Shown here piece by piece: positions 1-13,924 of a DNA stretch of 64,000 nt (position 1 is its first letter; each line of letters begins with the position of its first letter). The notes below the pieces were generated by a model. It did no database searches. It saw only the letters and a program-made list of their open reading frames with translations, and was not told where the DNA came from. The DNA is from Haliotis cracherodii (Eukaryota), in the NCBI RefSeq assembly GCF_022045235.1, contig NW_027266279.1:7378001-7442000 (forward strand), in the 5' to 3' direction. Position numbers and translations under genes: made by a program.

Positions 1-540
1 GTCTTCCATTAGGAAATTACATTTGTTAACAATCAGTTTTGTTAATTGATCACCCAGGAAACAATCCCTCTGACAATAATAAAACTCAACCATGCTGAAT
101 ATTTTATCCAACAGTAACCTTCAATTTCAAATATTACATTAAATCAAACAAAAACTTTCAATGAAGTCGTCCCTTTAGACACTGCAAAACAATTTTTCAT
201 AAGTTCAATATTCTCACATTATCAAGCATGGAAGACAAGAACATTGACATTACTGGTTGGGTACACAGAGGACTTGTTGACTCAAAACAAACTGGATTCA
301 AAAAACAATTTTGTTCAATCCTTCCACAAATCCATCCTTAATATCCTAAGATAAGTTCACACCATAATCATAAAGCAAGTTTTCAATTTGCCAATTTCTC
401 CAAACCTAATTCAGCCTGAGAGTTCAATAACAAGATTTTCTGTCATGAGTCATTCAAATAAATCTGATTGCTAAACTCCCTCCTGTGTGCCTGTTCTACA
501 TCATGCTGAGGCATGAATCAGTGGTCAGTTAACACTAAAA

Positions 541-733
541 GGGGGCACGGGTGGCCCAGTCGTCTTAGTCGCCGCAATTCGTTGTGCAGAGTTGCATCCC
601 TTGGGCACGCCAGAAACCTATGATTGTGGGTTCGATCCCAGTTTGCCCCAATTATGTTTCTAGGTTTGTCAGCACCATGCCCCTGTTTGTGGGTTTCACC
701 GAAGTGGTAAACTCCACAAGACACCTGCATCAT
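541..733 (+). mobile_element. SINE family C (tRNA head + V-like domain), 3'-truncated
   Basis: GGGGGCACGGGTGGCCCAGTCGTC.. head, GTGGGTTCGATCCC B box, matches the reverse complement of the full copy at 39777-40060. Confidence 0.85.
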
Positions 734-1245
734 CCCAGACGTGTTCCACACAGCAATCTTAGCGCTACAATTGTCGCAAGTCAATGTTAAAGTGTATGTG
801 TTATGATTGGTTGGTTGGTTTGTTGTTTAAAGCCACACTCAGTAATATTCCAGCTATATGACGGCGATCTGTAAATAATCGAGTCTGGACCAGACTATCC
901 AGTGATCAATATCATGAGCATCAATCCACGCAATTGGGATTGATAACATGCATCAACCAAGTCAGCGAGCCTGACCAGCCGATCCCGTTAGTCGCCTTTT
1001 ACGACAAGCATAGTCACCTTTTACGGAAAGCATGGGTTGCTAAAGTGCCATTCTACCCCGGGATCTTCATGGGTCATAGGTGTTATGATCATCTTAGCGC
1101 TAACAGCACTATGTTGTATAAGGCAGCTGTTGGGCTCTGATCAATAACACAATGTATTCGTGGCTACAACTGTCCTAAGTCAATGTTAAAGTATAGGCGT
1201 TATGATTGTCTTAGCGGTAAGATCAGCTGGTGGAATGAGGCCATG
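734..1245. mobile_element. Short Harbinger-like MITE-derived repeats, interrupted by SINE-B
   Basis: GTTCCACACAGCAATCTTAGC / TAAGATC..GTGGAA motifs shared with 13020-13138 and with the TIRs of 56755-57230. Confidence 0.5.
808..1075 (-). mobile_element. SINE family B, full length
   Basis: Full consensus from (TTGG)n tail to GGGTC end; TSD core GTGTTATGAT at 798-807 and 1080-1089. Confidence 0.9.
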
Positions 1246-1679
1246 GGTCCATGAAATAGAGCAACAGTCTTAGCATTAAGATCGCTATGGATCCTATCAA
1301 TAAAGATGTTTAATGCCACAAATAAATTATCTTAACTCACATATTCTAACCGACTTATGATCGTAGTGCTAAGAATGCATCATTTAATAGAGCCGTGGAT
1401 GAACAGGAGTTCCCCAAACCCCATTCGTCTCATATCTTGTCCCCAATAATATACAACGAAGCATCTCTTCCTCACATCCCCAGGCAACATTCCCCACCCA
1501 TATCAACCTGGCTCTCTCTATAACAACCACTTCCCCAAATATCCTGGGCATGTTCATTCAACAAACTACCAATAACTATTCCCATCTGTCTAAATTCCAC
1601 CCCTCCCTTTAACCACAACTGATTCCAAAATCCACAAACTTGCAGACACTGACTTCAGACTCCCCCTCCCTCCCCCATC

Positions 1680-1936
1680 CCACCACAGCGCCCTTCCACG
1701 CACTCACAGTATCATCCTCTGCTCTCCAGGCCAGTATTACACACAGACCCCAAATGAATAGGTACAACGCTGTCTACATTTCCCAGGTGATATCCATATT
1801 TTCTCTCATTCCCCCTCCCCTCCCGCCACAGGACCCATCCATGCCTGCACAACATCCTCCTCTGCTGTCCAGGCCAGTATTACACACAGACCCCAAATGA
1901 ACAATGTGGAACACAGTCTACATTTCCATGGTGATA
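1680..1936. repeat. Local tandem duplication, about 143-bp unit x2
   Basis: TCCAGGCCAGTATTACACACAGACCCCAAATGAA present twice with alignable flanks. Confidence 0.8.
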
Positions 1937-2638
1937 ACAACTGTTCCTCCCTCATCTTCACTAACAGAATCAGTGAGATGGAAAATCTATACTGACAACT
2001 GGCTCATTATTTGGGAGCCATGATATATCTGTAAAGGTATGGCTAGACAGTCACAAGATATTTCTTAAAAGAGATTTTCATGACTAATAGTACGTAACCA
2101 GGGCAGTTTGACAAGCCCTCTGGAAAATATCCCGTGTGAGGTTGCTGATGAAATTACACCTCCCCTGTTAATGTATAGAAACAGTAATGGCCATTCTTTG
2201 AAAGTAATGTTCGCAGAGGTGTTCCATGGATTAGAAGTAGCTGTTTCATAAAACCTTTTATCCCTAAATACTATAATTATTTTTAAAATTGAATAAAGCC
2301 TTGTCATTTAAGGAGAATGTTCACTGAACTTTTTAGCACAGTGATGGAGGTCCTATTTTCAAGAGACACCTTAAGATCACCTTCTCTTCAAAACCAGAGA
2401 CACCACAAAACGTTGGAGCTCAACAAATAGGATTTAATGTTGAGTCACATTCAGTTATTGAAATTTGTATTAAATCCACTGACAGCTTAAAATATATTCC
2501 ATTTCTGAAGATTAATAATGTGGATTGACACATCACTTTGTTTGTCTTGAAGAGGGGTGGTCCATCAATTCAAGTTGTCAACAGTGCTACACTTTCTAGA
2601 TCCTCATCATCCTTTGTGATCAGGACTGATACCTAACA

Positions 2639-2809
2639 GTGAGTGAGTGAGTGAGTATGGTGAGTACGCCGCTTTTAGCAATACTCCTGCAACATCACGG
2701 CGGGGGACACCAGAAATGGGCTTCACACATTGTACCCATGTCGGGAATCAAACCCGGGACTTTGGCGTGACGAGCGAACGCTTTAACCGCTAGGCTACCC
2801 GACCGCCCC
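2639..2809 (-). mobile_element. SINE family A (tRNA-derived), full length
   Basis: A box TAGCCTAGCGG, B box GGTTTGATTCC, (ACTC)n tail, 13-bp TSD CTGATACCTAACA (2626-2638 / 2810-2822). Confidence 0.93.
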
Positions 2810-3338
2810 CTGATACCTAACAATTTGGAATTACACTTTCTTAGTAAAGTACATATTCTAGTACTTTTGGGTATTCGAACACATACAGTCAGAATGATGC
2901 ACGTAATCGCCAACACACAAAGTCAGTGATCTAATACAAGGCCACACAGGTACTTTAGAAAACAGGATCCATATTCACAAAGTGGTCTCAGCAAGGACTG
3001 TTCTAATGCCCACAGTTCATCATGCACTAGAGAGTCGTAACCTGAAGGTCTCTCTGAAAAAAGGGGCTCCGTCCTTGACTAAACCGATAAAGCAAATTTG
3101 ATGATATATTTCATACGACTGTTACCTCAAGAAACTGATAACCTTGGTGAACTGAAGGCTTGCATTCTTCCAACGCGTGTCACATAGTTGGCAGCAGGGA
3201 CTTAAGGAAGGCAAAGTTGTCAACATCGCGTATAATAATGTTAGAGGTATGGAGGTATTAATGTAAGAAACGGTGTGCACACTGTAAAAACGCTGCAGAT
3301 TTATGCAATGTGTGCACGCTGGTTTTACATATAAATAT

Positions 3339-3582
3339 TTGTTTGTTTGTGTGTTGTTTAATGCTACATTCAGATACTTTCCAGTTAATGATGGTGGTCT
3401 GAAAATAATTGAGTCCGTACCAGACAATCCAGTGATTGACATCATAAGCATCAATCCATGCAACTGGGATATGATGACATGCATCAACCAAGTCAGTGAG
3501 CCTTAACACTTGATCCCGTTTGTCGCCTTTTAAGACAAGCATGGTTTGCTGAAGACCTATTCTACCCTGGATCTTCAAGGTC
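3339..3582 (-). mobile_element. SINE family B (single-hairpin head subfamily)
   Basis: Aligns to the B consensus over about 240 bp; lacks the internal 23-bp head duplication. Confidence 0.88.
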
Positions 3583-3694
3583 ATGTATATATGTAAAACG
3601 TTTATATGTTCCGTAATGGAATGTTTCTTTCCATATCTTATCTTATCCTCACTGAATAAACCCAAAAACATTTTGAAGTCTGTTCTTAAAAATA

Positions 3695-3864
3695 GGGGGC
3701 ACGGGTGGTCCAGTTGTCTAAGACGCCGCGATTCGCTGTGCAGAGTTGCGTCCCAGTTCGACCCGATTATGTTTCTAGGTTTGCTTGTGGGTTTCATCGA
3801 AGTGGTAGACGTCTGAATCCTGCATCACTTTGGGCTTTCCTCCCACTCACTCACTCACTCACTC
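3695..3864 (+). mobile_element. SINE family C, internally deleted
   Basis: C head, GGGTTTCATCGAAGTG..CACTTTGGGCTTTCCTCCCAC, (ACTC)n tail. Confidence 0.85.
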
Positions 3865-6496
3865 TTAAAACTAAATACAATAATAACATCACAGGCTGCT
3901 TATTAAAAAATTAACCAAAATTAACTAAAGACATCGTTCATCGCAATGATGTAACACAAGCCATGTCCTTTCTATAATCACCCAATCAGTGAACAGCAGT
4001 CAGGCAGTAGCCATGGCAAGATTTTCTAAATATGGAAATGTAAATGTAAACAAATTGCTTGGTTAGCCAATCAAATGCCACGGAATCACTTGCAATGCAC
4101 TCACATATGTAACTTGATATTCCCATCCTACACTACAATAAGCTATGGACAATAGCCTAGTGGTAGCAGTGATAGCACGTCACATCTGGGTACGCCTTCA
4201 TTGCATGCTACAGTTTGGCAAAGGTTTGAAAAACAACATTAATAATGTTTCAATCCCTCTTAAAACCCTGCTGACGGCAATTAAACACAATACTCATGTT
4301 ACAAATTTCAACACAATTGCAATCAGGCTGAGAGCATTGAAAAACGATTTTCATTATGTTCATAACCTTACAAGCTAAACATGCTTGCAATCCTACAAAA
4401 ATCAATAAAACAGACATCCCAACTTTACAAACCTGTACACAAACAATCCTGCAATAAGCAGTAAATATTTATAACAATCTGAACAAATGTATAATCCTGC
4501 TAAAACAGAAAAAAAACCAAAACAATTCCAAACTCAACAGCTTTTGTACTGCACCCTTTTACAATCAACTCAAGGACATCATAAGGACTGAAAAGCAAAC
4601 TTCTTTTACTTAGGGAGAGAAGTTGGGTTTTGTATAAATTTTTATTCAGTCATATACACAGGATACATATGCACTCGAAAGGCAATACAGCTTTATGTAG
4701 GGAGAGAAGTTTGTGCAACTACAAACACTTTCCAGTTCCCTTGGCCCGACCACACAGTGCAGACTGTTTCAGAGGGAGGGACCTACCATTATGCAATATT
4801 TACTTACAAATCAACACCAGTTCAGCCCCTCCCATCATGGCCGTACAACCCAGGGTAACATCCAGCCTGAACACTTGAATAATAGACACATATATAACCA
4901 GCCCCGCCAGATCAATCTCTCCCCTGCTGGGACAACACAGCGGCACCAGCAACAGCGATGTCCCCATCCTCACCCTCATTACAGACCCCTGGGGCCATGA
5001 CAGTCTCAGGAGAGGCTGCATTAATCTGTAGATATGTCCCACACCAGTTGTCAAAAAGAAAACACAAATAGAACAAGATCTAGGTTTCTTTCAACAAATA
5101 AAAGCAACTTGGTGACTTGAGTTTCTGTTTATATATAGAGAATTTCCCCTGAGTGACATTTGATATCAAATATATTGAACACGATTCGAAAAAAAGTTAA
5201 AAACTTTGAGGCATGCATTGGACAGTGTTAGAATCATACAATACAATGTTACAAGAAGGATTCTTCAGAGCCAGGCATCCAATCAAAAGTCACATTACAT
5301 CGTATAACTTTTGTGAGGAAAAAATAGTTATTACCTGGTGATTGAGAAATTCACAAAGACTCACAAGTTTTCATAGAAATGCCAAATACAGCATATTATA
5401 TGCCTATAATGTCTCCAGTAATGTAAATATCCTCTAACTAATGTCTGCAAAATTGAATGTATGTATCACGAACGTTTTGGTATTTATTTAACTTCTTTAA
5501 AAATAAATAATGAAATTCTACAAACACAAAGTTTTACTAAATTGGACTAGAGTACCATGCAAAAAGATTGCTTCACCAAGTTTATGACTGGGAAACAGAA
5601 TATCAGCTAAAGATGGAAGAACTTCTATATGGATATCCCGAGGCAGCTATTTCATGGTCTGGGACTACAACACTTTCAATGTCATGAAAAATCATTCACC
5701 CTTCAAAAACAACTTTTCTATACTTAGATTACACAAAAATTAAATTCTAAAATGCATCACCAACAGATCACATTGTAGTGACAACCTATTTAAAACATGG
5801 ATTGTTGAGAGAGTGATGGTTTAATAAGAGCTCCCTTGGGTACAAGTCCAGCCATGGGGCGCTAAGTGGAGGTGAAACGAACACACTATTACAATTAATT
5901 CATGTGGAAAAAGTGTAGATTTTTACTAAGTGATGTGATCAAAAGGAAGACTAAACAGAGAGGGATCCCCTTGCAGGCACTTTGCCTGTGTAGGAGAGCG
6001 TGGTGAAATGTTCGCTGGCTTAATGCTATGAGACAGGACACACCCAACCTGACAAGCCAGTATCACTGAACAACAGAAAACAACCAACCCCTTGGGGACT
6101 CCGGGAGAGTGGAGAGGATCATTTGCTTGGCAAACCATAAAGGTGAGAGAGAAAGAGAGAGAGAGAGATGTATGTTTGTTAATATATTTGCTAATGAAAC
6201 CGTAAATGATACAAAAGAGGTTTGGTGGTCAGGCTCTGTGACTTTGTACACTGATAGCGTGGGTGGTTGCTCATGCTGTCAATCATTGGTTTGTAAGGCA
6301 CAGACTCAGTAATTGACACAGTAATAAGGCTGGACTATTTTCTCACTTACCCCCCCGACGAAAAAAACAGTAGATTCAAATCTAAGGCAATATTTGGTTA
6401 TTCTTTGGTTAAAAGAATTGGCTATTTTTGAAGTGACAGTTTGCCAAACCTATAGTTTAAGGATTGTATGCATATAAAACAGAGTCAACATCCAAC

Positions 6497-6689
6497 TAGA
6501 CTAACATCTCGTCCCTGATATGAACAAATTTTACAGAAAAAACAGTTGTTAAATAATAGTTATAAAATATAATAAAAAGGAGCCCAGAGACTTTCTTTCA
6601 TTTTCTGCAGTAATCTAGACTTTCCAAACATTACAGACTTGCATGGGCTGTTTTGGATATATTTGTTTCAGGGTCTGTTTGACAGACTA
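6497..6689. mobile_element. Non-autonomous DNA transposon, TAG..CTA ends, 9-bp TSD (AcademH-like), subfamily 1
   Basis: Homologous to 43435-43603; TSD ACATCCAAC / ACACCCAGC (7/9); terminal hairpin GTCTGT-TTG-ACAGAC. Confidence 0.65.
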
Positions 6690-6726
6690 ACACCCAGCCT
6701 GTACAGATTTTGTCCATGTATGTTTG

Positions 6727-6777
6727 TGTGTGCGCATGTGCATGTGCATGTGCATGTGCATGTGCGTGTGCATGTGC
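6727..6777. repeat. (GTGCAT)n microsatellite
   Basis: Direct inspection. Confidence 0.9.
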
Positions 6778-7462
6778 TCATTTCATCTGTTAACATTTAT
6801 GCAAAATGCACAGAAAAAGTCTAAATCTGAAAAGCTTATTTTGTTTTAATCATCTCCACCTATTATTGACCAGGTTTTTCCCATTTGGTTCTTTCTAAAA
6901 AGCTGTGTCTGATATGTCTTACCACATCACCTTGCTGACAATATGCCCTACCAAAGCTCCACCTGTGTCCTTAACACTGTTTCTCTTCCAAGACAAATGT
7001 TCCCTCAACATCCAATGTAAAATAGCCTCAGGAACTAGTTCTCCTCTTTCAAGTACTCACAGTGAACATAAGCTACACCATTAATGGTGGTGTTGGGAGT
7101 TTGAGCTGTCTGGCACAAACCTCCCACCTGCCCAACAAGAAGATATCCACAGCAATTGTTTGAAAACCTCCATAAAAATAGCATCGTCGCCTTAATGACT
7201 TAACAGTCTGTGGAAATCAGAAACGAAATGTCTTTGCCGAATAATTTGTACAATCAGCGCTCTCCTCTCGATTCGTTGCAGCCATGGGCTGGCTCGTTAT
7301 AACCAAATATTTGTCATTTAAGAGCTGCTATTTGGATAAAAGTGTTTTAAGAGATCTGTGCATCAATGGCCAGCTTGAACACACTTCCTATGGGCTTCAT
7401 TTTCAGTATTTTAGTTTACAGCTTCTTTTGCTCTCAATTGAACTTTGAGGAGTTTTCTGTAG

Positions 7463-7625
7463 TGTGAGTGAGTATTGTTTTACGCCGCTTTCAGCAATTT
7501 TCCAGCAATATCAAGGCGGGGGACACCAGATATGGGCTTCACACATTGTACCCATGTCAGGAATCGAACCCGGGTCTTCGGCATGACGAGTAAACGCTTT
7601 AACCACAAGGCTACCCGACCGCCCC
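7463..7625 (-). mobile_element. SINE family A
   Basis: Full consensus match including A and B boxes. Confidence 0.9.
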
Positions 7626-7782
7626 TAGCTCTCTGTAGAAGGATTGGTAAGAATACTGAAGTGTTGCCATGATACTTAAATGCTGGTTTCTCATTATTCG
7701 TGGAGTTGTATACTCTATCTGGTGGGTGGGTGCCTTAGTGTGTTGGTTAGTGAATAAGTGAGAGAGTTTAATTCCACTTTGA

Positions 7783-8052
7783 TTGTTTGTTTGTTGTTCA
7801 ACGCTGCAGTCAGCAATATTCCAGCTATATGACGGCGGTCTGTAAATTGAGTCTGGACCAGACAATCCAGTGATTGATATCATGTGCATCTATCCATACA
7901 ATTGGGAGTATCCACCCATTGGTCGCCTCTTACAAAAAGCATAGTCGCATTCTTCATGGGTCTACCACTTTGCTGAAGACCTATTCTACCCCGAATCTAC
8001 ACAGGTCTACCACTTTGCTGAAGACCTATTCTACCCCAGTTCTCCACGGGTC
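7783..8052 (-). mobile_element. SINE family B with triplicated 5' end
   Basis: Two extra 45-bp head units at 7962-8052; flanking repeat ATTCCACTTTGA at 7771-7782 / 8056-8067. Confidence 0.85.
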
Positions 8053-8428
8053 TTATTCCACTTTGAACAGTACTCCAGTCATAACATGATGTATTGGCAG
8101 GTAATAGCCAACAGTTGGTCAAAATATCCTTCATGCTCACTGCCCATTAGGAAGACCCTGTTTAATTAGGTCCGCTCCTACAATAACCACTCAGCAGGGT
8201 CTACAGTGGACCTTGTGAAACCCGAGCAGATGTCAGGGGTGAGGACTACTCCCCTCCTGGTGGAGAGGATTTATTGAGTAAACACTTGGCCATGTTGAGT
8301 GATATAACCAATTATGAGCACAGACAATACCACATGGAAGTCTGGATGACTGAGCGACATTTGTTTAATATTCCATCAACATCAGGACAGCCCCTAAATC
8401 ATCAAACCTGGGCCAGACAAACCAGTCT

Positions 8429-8676
8429 GAGTGAGTGAGTGAGTTAGGTTTAACGTGTGTGTGTGCCTGCTTGTACTAGTACGGACTAATGCTGATTTTA
8501 TAGTGCTAGCCCACTGAGATACCATGTCACAGTCCTTGGTTTATCCCCTCAATGCCAAATGCCAGGCAGGGTAACAACAAGTACCATCTTTTAACGTCTT
8601 TTGGTATGATGCGTCAGGGGATCAAAGCCAAGACCTTTCGCTCTCTGGGCAGACACTCTATCTACTGGACCACAGA
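8429..8676 (-). mobile_element. SINE family D (Meta-like domain), internally deleted
   Basis: AGGCAGGGTAACAACAAGTACCATCTTTTAACGTCTTTTGGTATG core plus tRNA-like head; matches 62781-63131. Confidence 0.8.
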
Positions 8677-8785
8677 GCTATACTGTGACCAGGAAAACCT
8701 GCAGCTGAGCACAGTAATAATATTCTATCAATATCTCAGAGGCCTGTCAATAATCGAGTCATGAATCACTGAATGACATTCTGGC

Positions 8786-8993
8786 CAGCCCGCTGAGGTA
8801 CCATGCCGCAGTTTAACATAGATACCCTACTCAGATACAGTATACCAACCAGTCCTTTTTTTAACCTCTTTATGCTGAGCACCAGGCAGGGTCACAACAA
8901 GTACCATCTTTTGAAATATGACGCAGCCGGGGATCGAACCCCAGACTTTCTGCTCTCTAGGCAGTAGCTCTATCCACTAGACCATGGAGGCGG
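8786..8993 (-). mobile_element. SINE family D, partial
   Basis: Same core, and GGGGATCGAACCC B box on the minus strand. Confidence 0.8.
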
Positions 8994-11762
8994 TTTGAGT
9001 GGCCATTGTGACGGTCCAGTTCTACTATTTCAATCATGATGTCGTGTTTGACCTTTTCGGAAACAGAATTCAAGCATTTTCAACTCTTAGACCCATTCTA
9101 AACACAAGTTGCAAATAAACATTTTCTCTATCATTTACAGGAAATGTAAGCCTGAAACCCAAATCTAATCTTGGAGATATGCACCTTATTTCATGACAAA
9201 GTCATTTTCCCTAATCATTTCGCTAACCATTATCATAAATACATTTCCCTAATCATCTGGATAACCATTATCCTAAATACATGACAGGTCATTTAAATCC
9301 AAAAGAGCTGGTACACGTTGTGGTTCTAAAGATCCAGTATTTGTCTGCCACCAATATACTCTCCAATTAAGGGAAACCTATTTTCCTGAAGGACGGCCAT
9401 ATCCCCGACAAGTATAAACCCTGAAATTAAGAATAAACTATTTGCTGCAGTTTTCCTGATAATTAGCAGTCAGGGCAAAGACATTAGTCTGCATTAAAAA
9501 TAATCACAAACTGCATGCAGGCATTTTGGAAAAGACATCACACTCAAGAAACACGATCACTGATGAAAGAGGAAAAACATCAAACAATGATGAGGAAAAC
9601 TTTGGAATACGAAAACTGAACAGAAGTGAATGAGATGGGCTTAAACCGATGAATCCTCGCTGGAAATACTTTCTCAAGTGTTCAACATTTACAAAATCTC
9701 TTCAAATTCCCAAGTGATGAAGTGGTGAAATTAGTTTCGATTCTTTGAATTTCTGCTCCAAAGTTAAATATTTATATAAGATAATTAATGTCTACAGAAA
9801 GAGCTCATCAGATGTAAATTCTATAGAATCACCTCCTGCTGTTTGTGCCAACATCAAGACAGAAAAGTTTAATGCTATGTACAGAACAAGTCAGGTGGTA
9901 GACCAACATTACTTCTGTGAAATTGTTATCAACAACAAAATGTATTTGAGTTTTCTCTTTATATGTAACATAAAGAAGCCCAGAGAATCTCTTTATTGTC
10001 ATCAACAGATAATGTTAATTCAGACACCAAAGAAAATATTAATATATCAATCAACTAGAAATTATTTGGCCAGATGGATTGTCTCAGATTTGAAATTAAA
10101 TACTGTTCCTGACTCCAGATGGATTTTATTTATTTATTTTGTAGATATATTTTGAAAAAAGAGAACTTTATTCTTGGACTAAATGTTTGTCAAAATTTTG
10201 AATGAAAGACAAGACAAATGTTTCATGAACAAGTCTGTGCTGGAGACCAGTTGAAAATGTTACAAACACTCTTAGTTTGTTTCCAAATCTAAGTGAAGGT
10301 TGCATGTATTTGAATGCTGTAAATGTTTCATGTTATTTCAAGACGTTCTTGCCAGAACCAAAGAGTCAGGGTAAGTGGCACTTTACTGTATCGACTCCCC
10401 ATTCAGCGAGTCAGCTTATGTAGGAAGAAAACTCCAAGTAAAATGAAGATTATTGAATTAAGAATGATGTTGATAGACCAAGGATCACTATCACTGGATT
10501 CTGGGACAGCTAAAGGGTGCAACTCTGTACATCAGATTATGGGGCCTTAACAGCATCGTCAGCCATGCCTCTTGTGATACCAAAAGGTAGACAACAATGA
10601 AAAGGTCATCACAAAAGTCAGGGTGACAATCTAAAGGCTCAATCTAGTGAAGCATTAAAGACAGAAAAAAACATTTAAAGTCTTCACAATCCTACTAAAA
10701 CAGTATTATTTAAATCTTAAACCAACAAGGCTCTTAAGGTTGATAAATCTTTCACAAACTATCTCCACCAACTTGACACGGTAATAAAAGGCCTTCTAAA
10801 ACAGAAACCCTCATTAGTGGGAAAATGGTTATCTGCTAATGATAGAGAACATTTGGTTTGCCAGAGAACCAATAATTAGCAAGCTGGGTCAGTAGATCCT
10901 TTAATAGAACGACTGCAGGGACAATTGATGACTGGAGGGAATAAATAGACCCCAGCAGCAGATGTACCTTGAGGAAATCTTAACTCTGCTTTGAAATTCC
11001 AACCATGTAAATTTGATTTCCTATGGGAGCCTTGAAGATTAAGATTCAGTTGATGATATCTAGACAGTAATAGAACTTGTGGGGAAAATAGTCTAGACTG
11101 TATCAAAGCAGATTCTTCTTTATGAGAAGAGAGTGTGAAAGAATTTAAGTATTCTAAACATTCAAATAAAAGGACTTGTATTATTAAGTGGGAGCCATAT
11201 TATATTTAGTGGTTAGGAAAGCAGAATATTGAACATTTTGGTTGAATCTCAAACCAAACTGAATAATTTACTGTCAATACAAGCACTCAATCAAAGCTAC
11301 AAAAACAGTTATTTTCCTTAAAACACATCTCATTTGAACAAACATAGAACAAATTGGATGCAAAATACGTTCTGATAAGACAGACAAAATGGCACCAGTT
11401 GTACATCATACATTCCATACAACTTTTCCTGCCATATTTTCAAGAGTAAAAGCCAAGAACAAATTAAAAAAAATCAATGATGATCTTCCATGTCCTCCTT
11501 GAAATGTTCCCAATTAAAGTCAACATTTTTAAAGAAAACTGATTTTTTCATATGGCTGTGACAGATTAACTATAGTCACATGAAAATATCGGGTGTTCTT
11601 GAACTTGTTTTGAGTAGTATATGTCAGTGACTCGGTAATTAACATGTCCATCCTTTCAAAACCCTCACATTAGTATCAGAGAGTTTGTCCATAGAGAACA
11701 CACGGAAATCCTGCCACACAGAACACATTAATAAAACATCCCCTTTTACTTTGATACCAGTA

Positions 11763-12287
11763 CCGTATTCGACGTAAAAAGCGCCCAGGGCACTCTCAAA
11801 ATTAGAAATAGGGGGCTCTTATTAGAATATTATTTTGATGGAAAACAACAGAGTTGAAAGATCGTAAATTTCGTGGTTTATGCTGACAGCCTGAAATGTT
11901 TATATACGACAGATATATTTTACCAGAATTTAATTGCCCATAATTAAGGGTTCATGTAACACACAAGTGCGTATTATACCGAAATAAATAAATCTTGTGT
12001 ACATTGATCTATCGGAAGGGGTGATGATTGGGATTGTTCACTAGCCAATATATTAGCAAATATCATCATGGGAGCTTATTAGAGCGGGGCACTTATTACG
12101 TTGAATACAGTAAGTCTAACTGAACAATTTTATTGCCCATAATTAAGGATGCATATAACACACATATTTATACACAAGTAAATAGGTATTGCGTACATTG
12201 ATCAATCTAAAGGGGTGCTAATTGGAATTGTTCACTAGCAAATATATTAACAAATATCGCCGTGGGCCCTTATTATGTCGAATACGG
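11763..12287. mobile_element. Tc1/mariner (Tc2-like, CCGTA termini) MITE with duplicated 3' half
   Basis: TA|CCGTATTCGACGTAA..GCGCCC and GGGCCCTTATTATGTCGAATACGG|TA; inner end at about 12110; second copy at 20906-21370. Confidence 0.8.
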
Positions 12288-12479
12288 TATATAGATGCGT
12301 TGATTAGGGAGACATTGTGCTTCAAATAGCTTCAAAGAGTCAGGTGAAATGGCTTTCCTGAAATTAATTTCTTGTTTCCATTATTATTTTCTCCTTAAAA
12401 CTGTTGATCATTTTTGTCCAGAGATACGAAGACATTAGGGTTTAAAGCATGTTCAAGCTACTCAAGGGTGTGAGAGCAT

Positions 12480-12707
12480 TTTAACCCAGCTCTTCGCAAT
12501 ATTCCATATACTAGTATGTGACAGCAGTCAAATAATCATGTCTGGATCAGACAATACAGTGATTTACACCATGAGCATTGATCTATGCAATTAATTACAG
12601 TGACATGCATGAAGCTCATCAGTGAGTCTGAGCACCTGATCCCATTTGTCTCTGCTTGCAGTAAGCACGGGTTGCTGAAAGCCAATTCTAACACGGATTT
12701 TCACAGA
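12480..12707 (-). mobile_element. SINE family B, old diverged copy
   Basis: Colinear but diverged match to the B consensus. Confidence 0.7.
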
Positions 12708-12830
12708 GATTGCAGAGTGGATTGCAGTACACAGCATTGGGGGACATGAGGGGAGAGTGGTCTAAAGAACCGCAAGGTCATAATGATATTTACTATCTTC
12801 AGTTAGTCTGTCTCCTTCTGTCTTCTAGAG

Positions 12831-12994
12831 TGAGTGAGTGAGTATGGTTTTACGCCGCTTTTAGCAATATTCCAGCATTCCAGCGGGGGGGACACCAGAA
12901 ATGGGCTTCACACATTGTACCCATGTCGGGAATCGAACCCGGGTCTTTGGCGTGTCGAGCGAACGCTTTAACCGCTAGGCTACCCGACCGCCCC
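12831..12994 (-). mobile_element. SINE family A, full length
   Basis: 13-bp TSD CTGTCTTCTAGAG (12818-12830 / 12995-13007). Confidence 0.93.
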
Positions 12995-13019
12995 CTGTCT
13001 TCTAGAGAATAAATTAAAA

Positions 13020-13138
13020 AAGGAATCGCAACTGCCTTAGCTCTAGGTGATCTTAGCGATGAGACAATCATAACTCCCATACTTTAACATAAACTTACGG
13101 TAGTCGTAGTGCTAAGATCGCTTTGTGGAACGGGTCCC
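13020..13138. mobile_element. Short Harbinger-like MITE fragment
   Basis: Ends in TAAGATCGCTTTGTGGAACGGGTCCC, like the right TIR of 56755-57230. Confidence 0.6.
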
Positions 13139-13287
13139 TTGGCTTCATTTGGATTTTGTGATTTTTATTTTGTTGATACATAATTTCAAAAAAGATAACT
13201 TTATTTATGGAACTTAATGTTAGTCTAATCCTCAGTCTGTCAGCGCTAAACAGACATGAAGGACTCACCAATTCACATGATCTGGGG

Positions 13288-13594
13288 AAAGGGGTGCCCA
13301 GTCACCTTGGGCACCAAACTGCTAGGCAGAGTTGTGTCCCTTAGGCATGCCACAAACCTCTGACCATGGGTTCAGATCTCGATTGCTCCTGTGTTCCAGG
13401 TTTGTCAGTATCATGCCTGAGGTTTCACCAAAGAGGTTATGTTTCAAGGTTTCACAGCACCATACCCGTGCCTGCGGGTTTCCCTGAAGTGGTAAACGTC
13501 TGAGACCTGCATCACTTCGGGCTTTCCTCCCACATTAGGCTGACACGTGATAAAACTGGAATACTGTTCAATGCCAACTCATTCACTTCACTCC
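13288..13594 (+). mobile_element. SINE family C, diverged, with internal duplication
   Basis: C head, CACTTCGGGCTTTCCTCCCACA, shared tail CTGGAATACTGTT and ACTC-like end. Confidence 0.8.
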
Positions 13595-13924
13595 CATATG
13601 TTAGGTGTTACGTGCATATTGAAAATATATTTGAAATTGAAATCAAACTAATTCTTTTAATGTAATAGCAAGACAAACAGACACATTTGAACATTTGAGG
13701 CCTCTTGCTCTTCAGTTGATAGTCAGCTTTTTTGCACTAAACTTTAAATCTGAAATTCAGCAATATTCTGAATTTGTTTGCACCGGAATTCCCGTCCATG
13801 TTTTCTAAATTTCCTGCAACATCCCGATGAAAGGTTGCTGTTACAACCAAGCATCACTTGTAAACACCAAGAAATAACAAGACGGCTCACATGGAGTATG
13901 GGCAAAATGCCATGTGCCGTAGTC

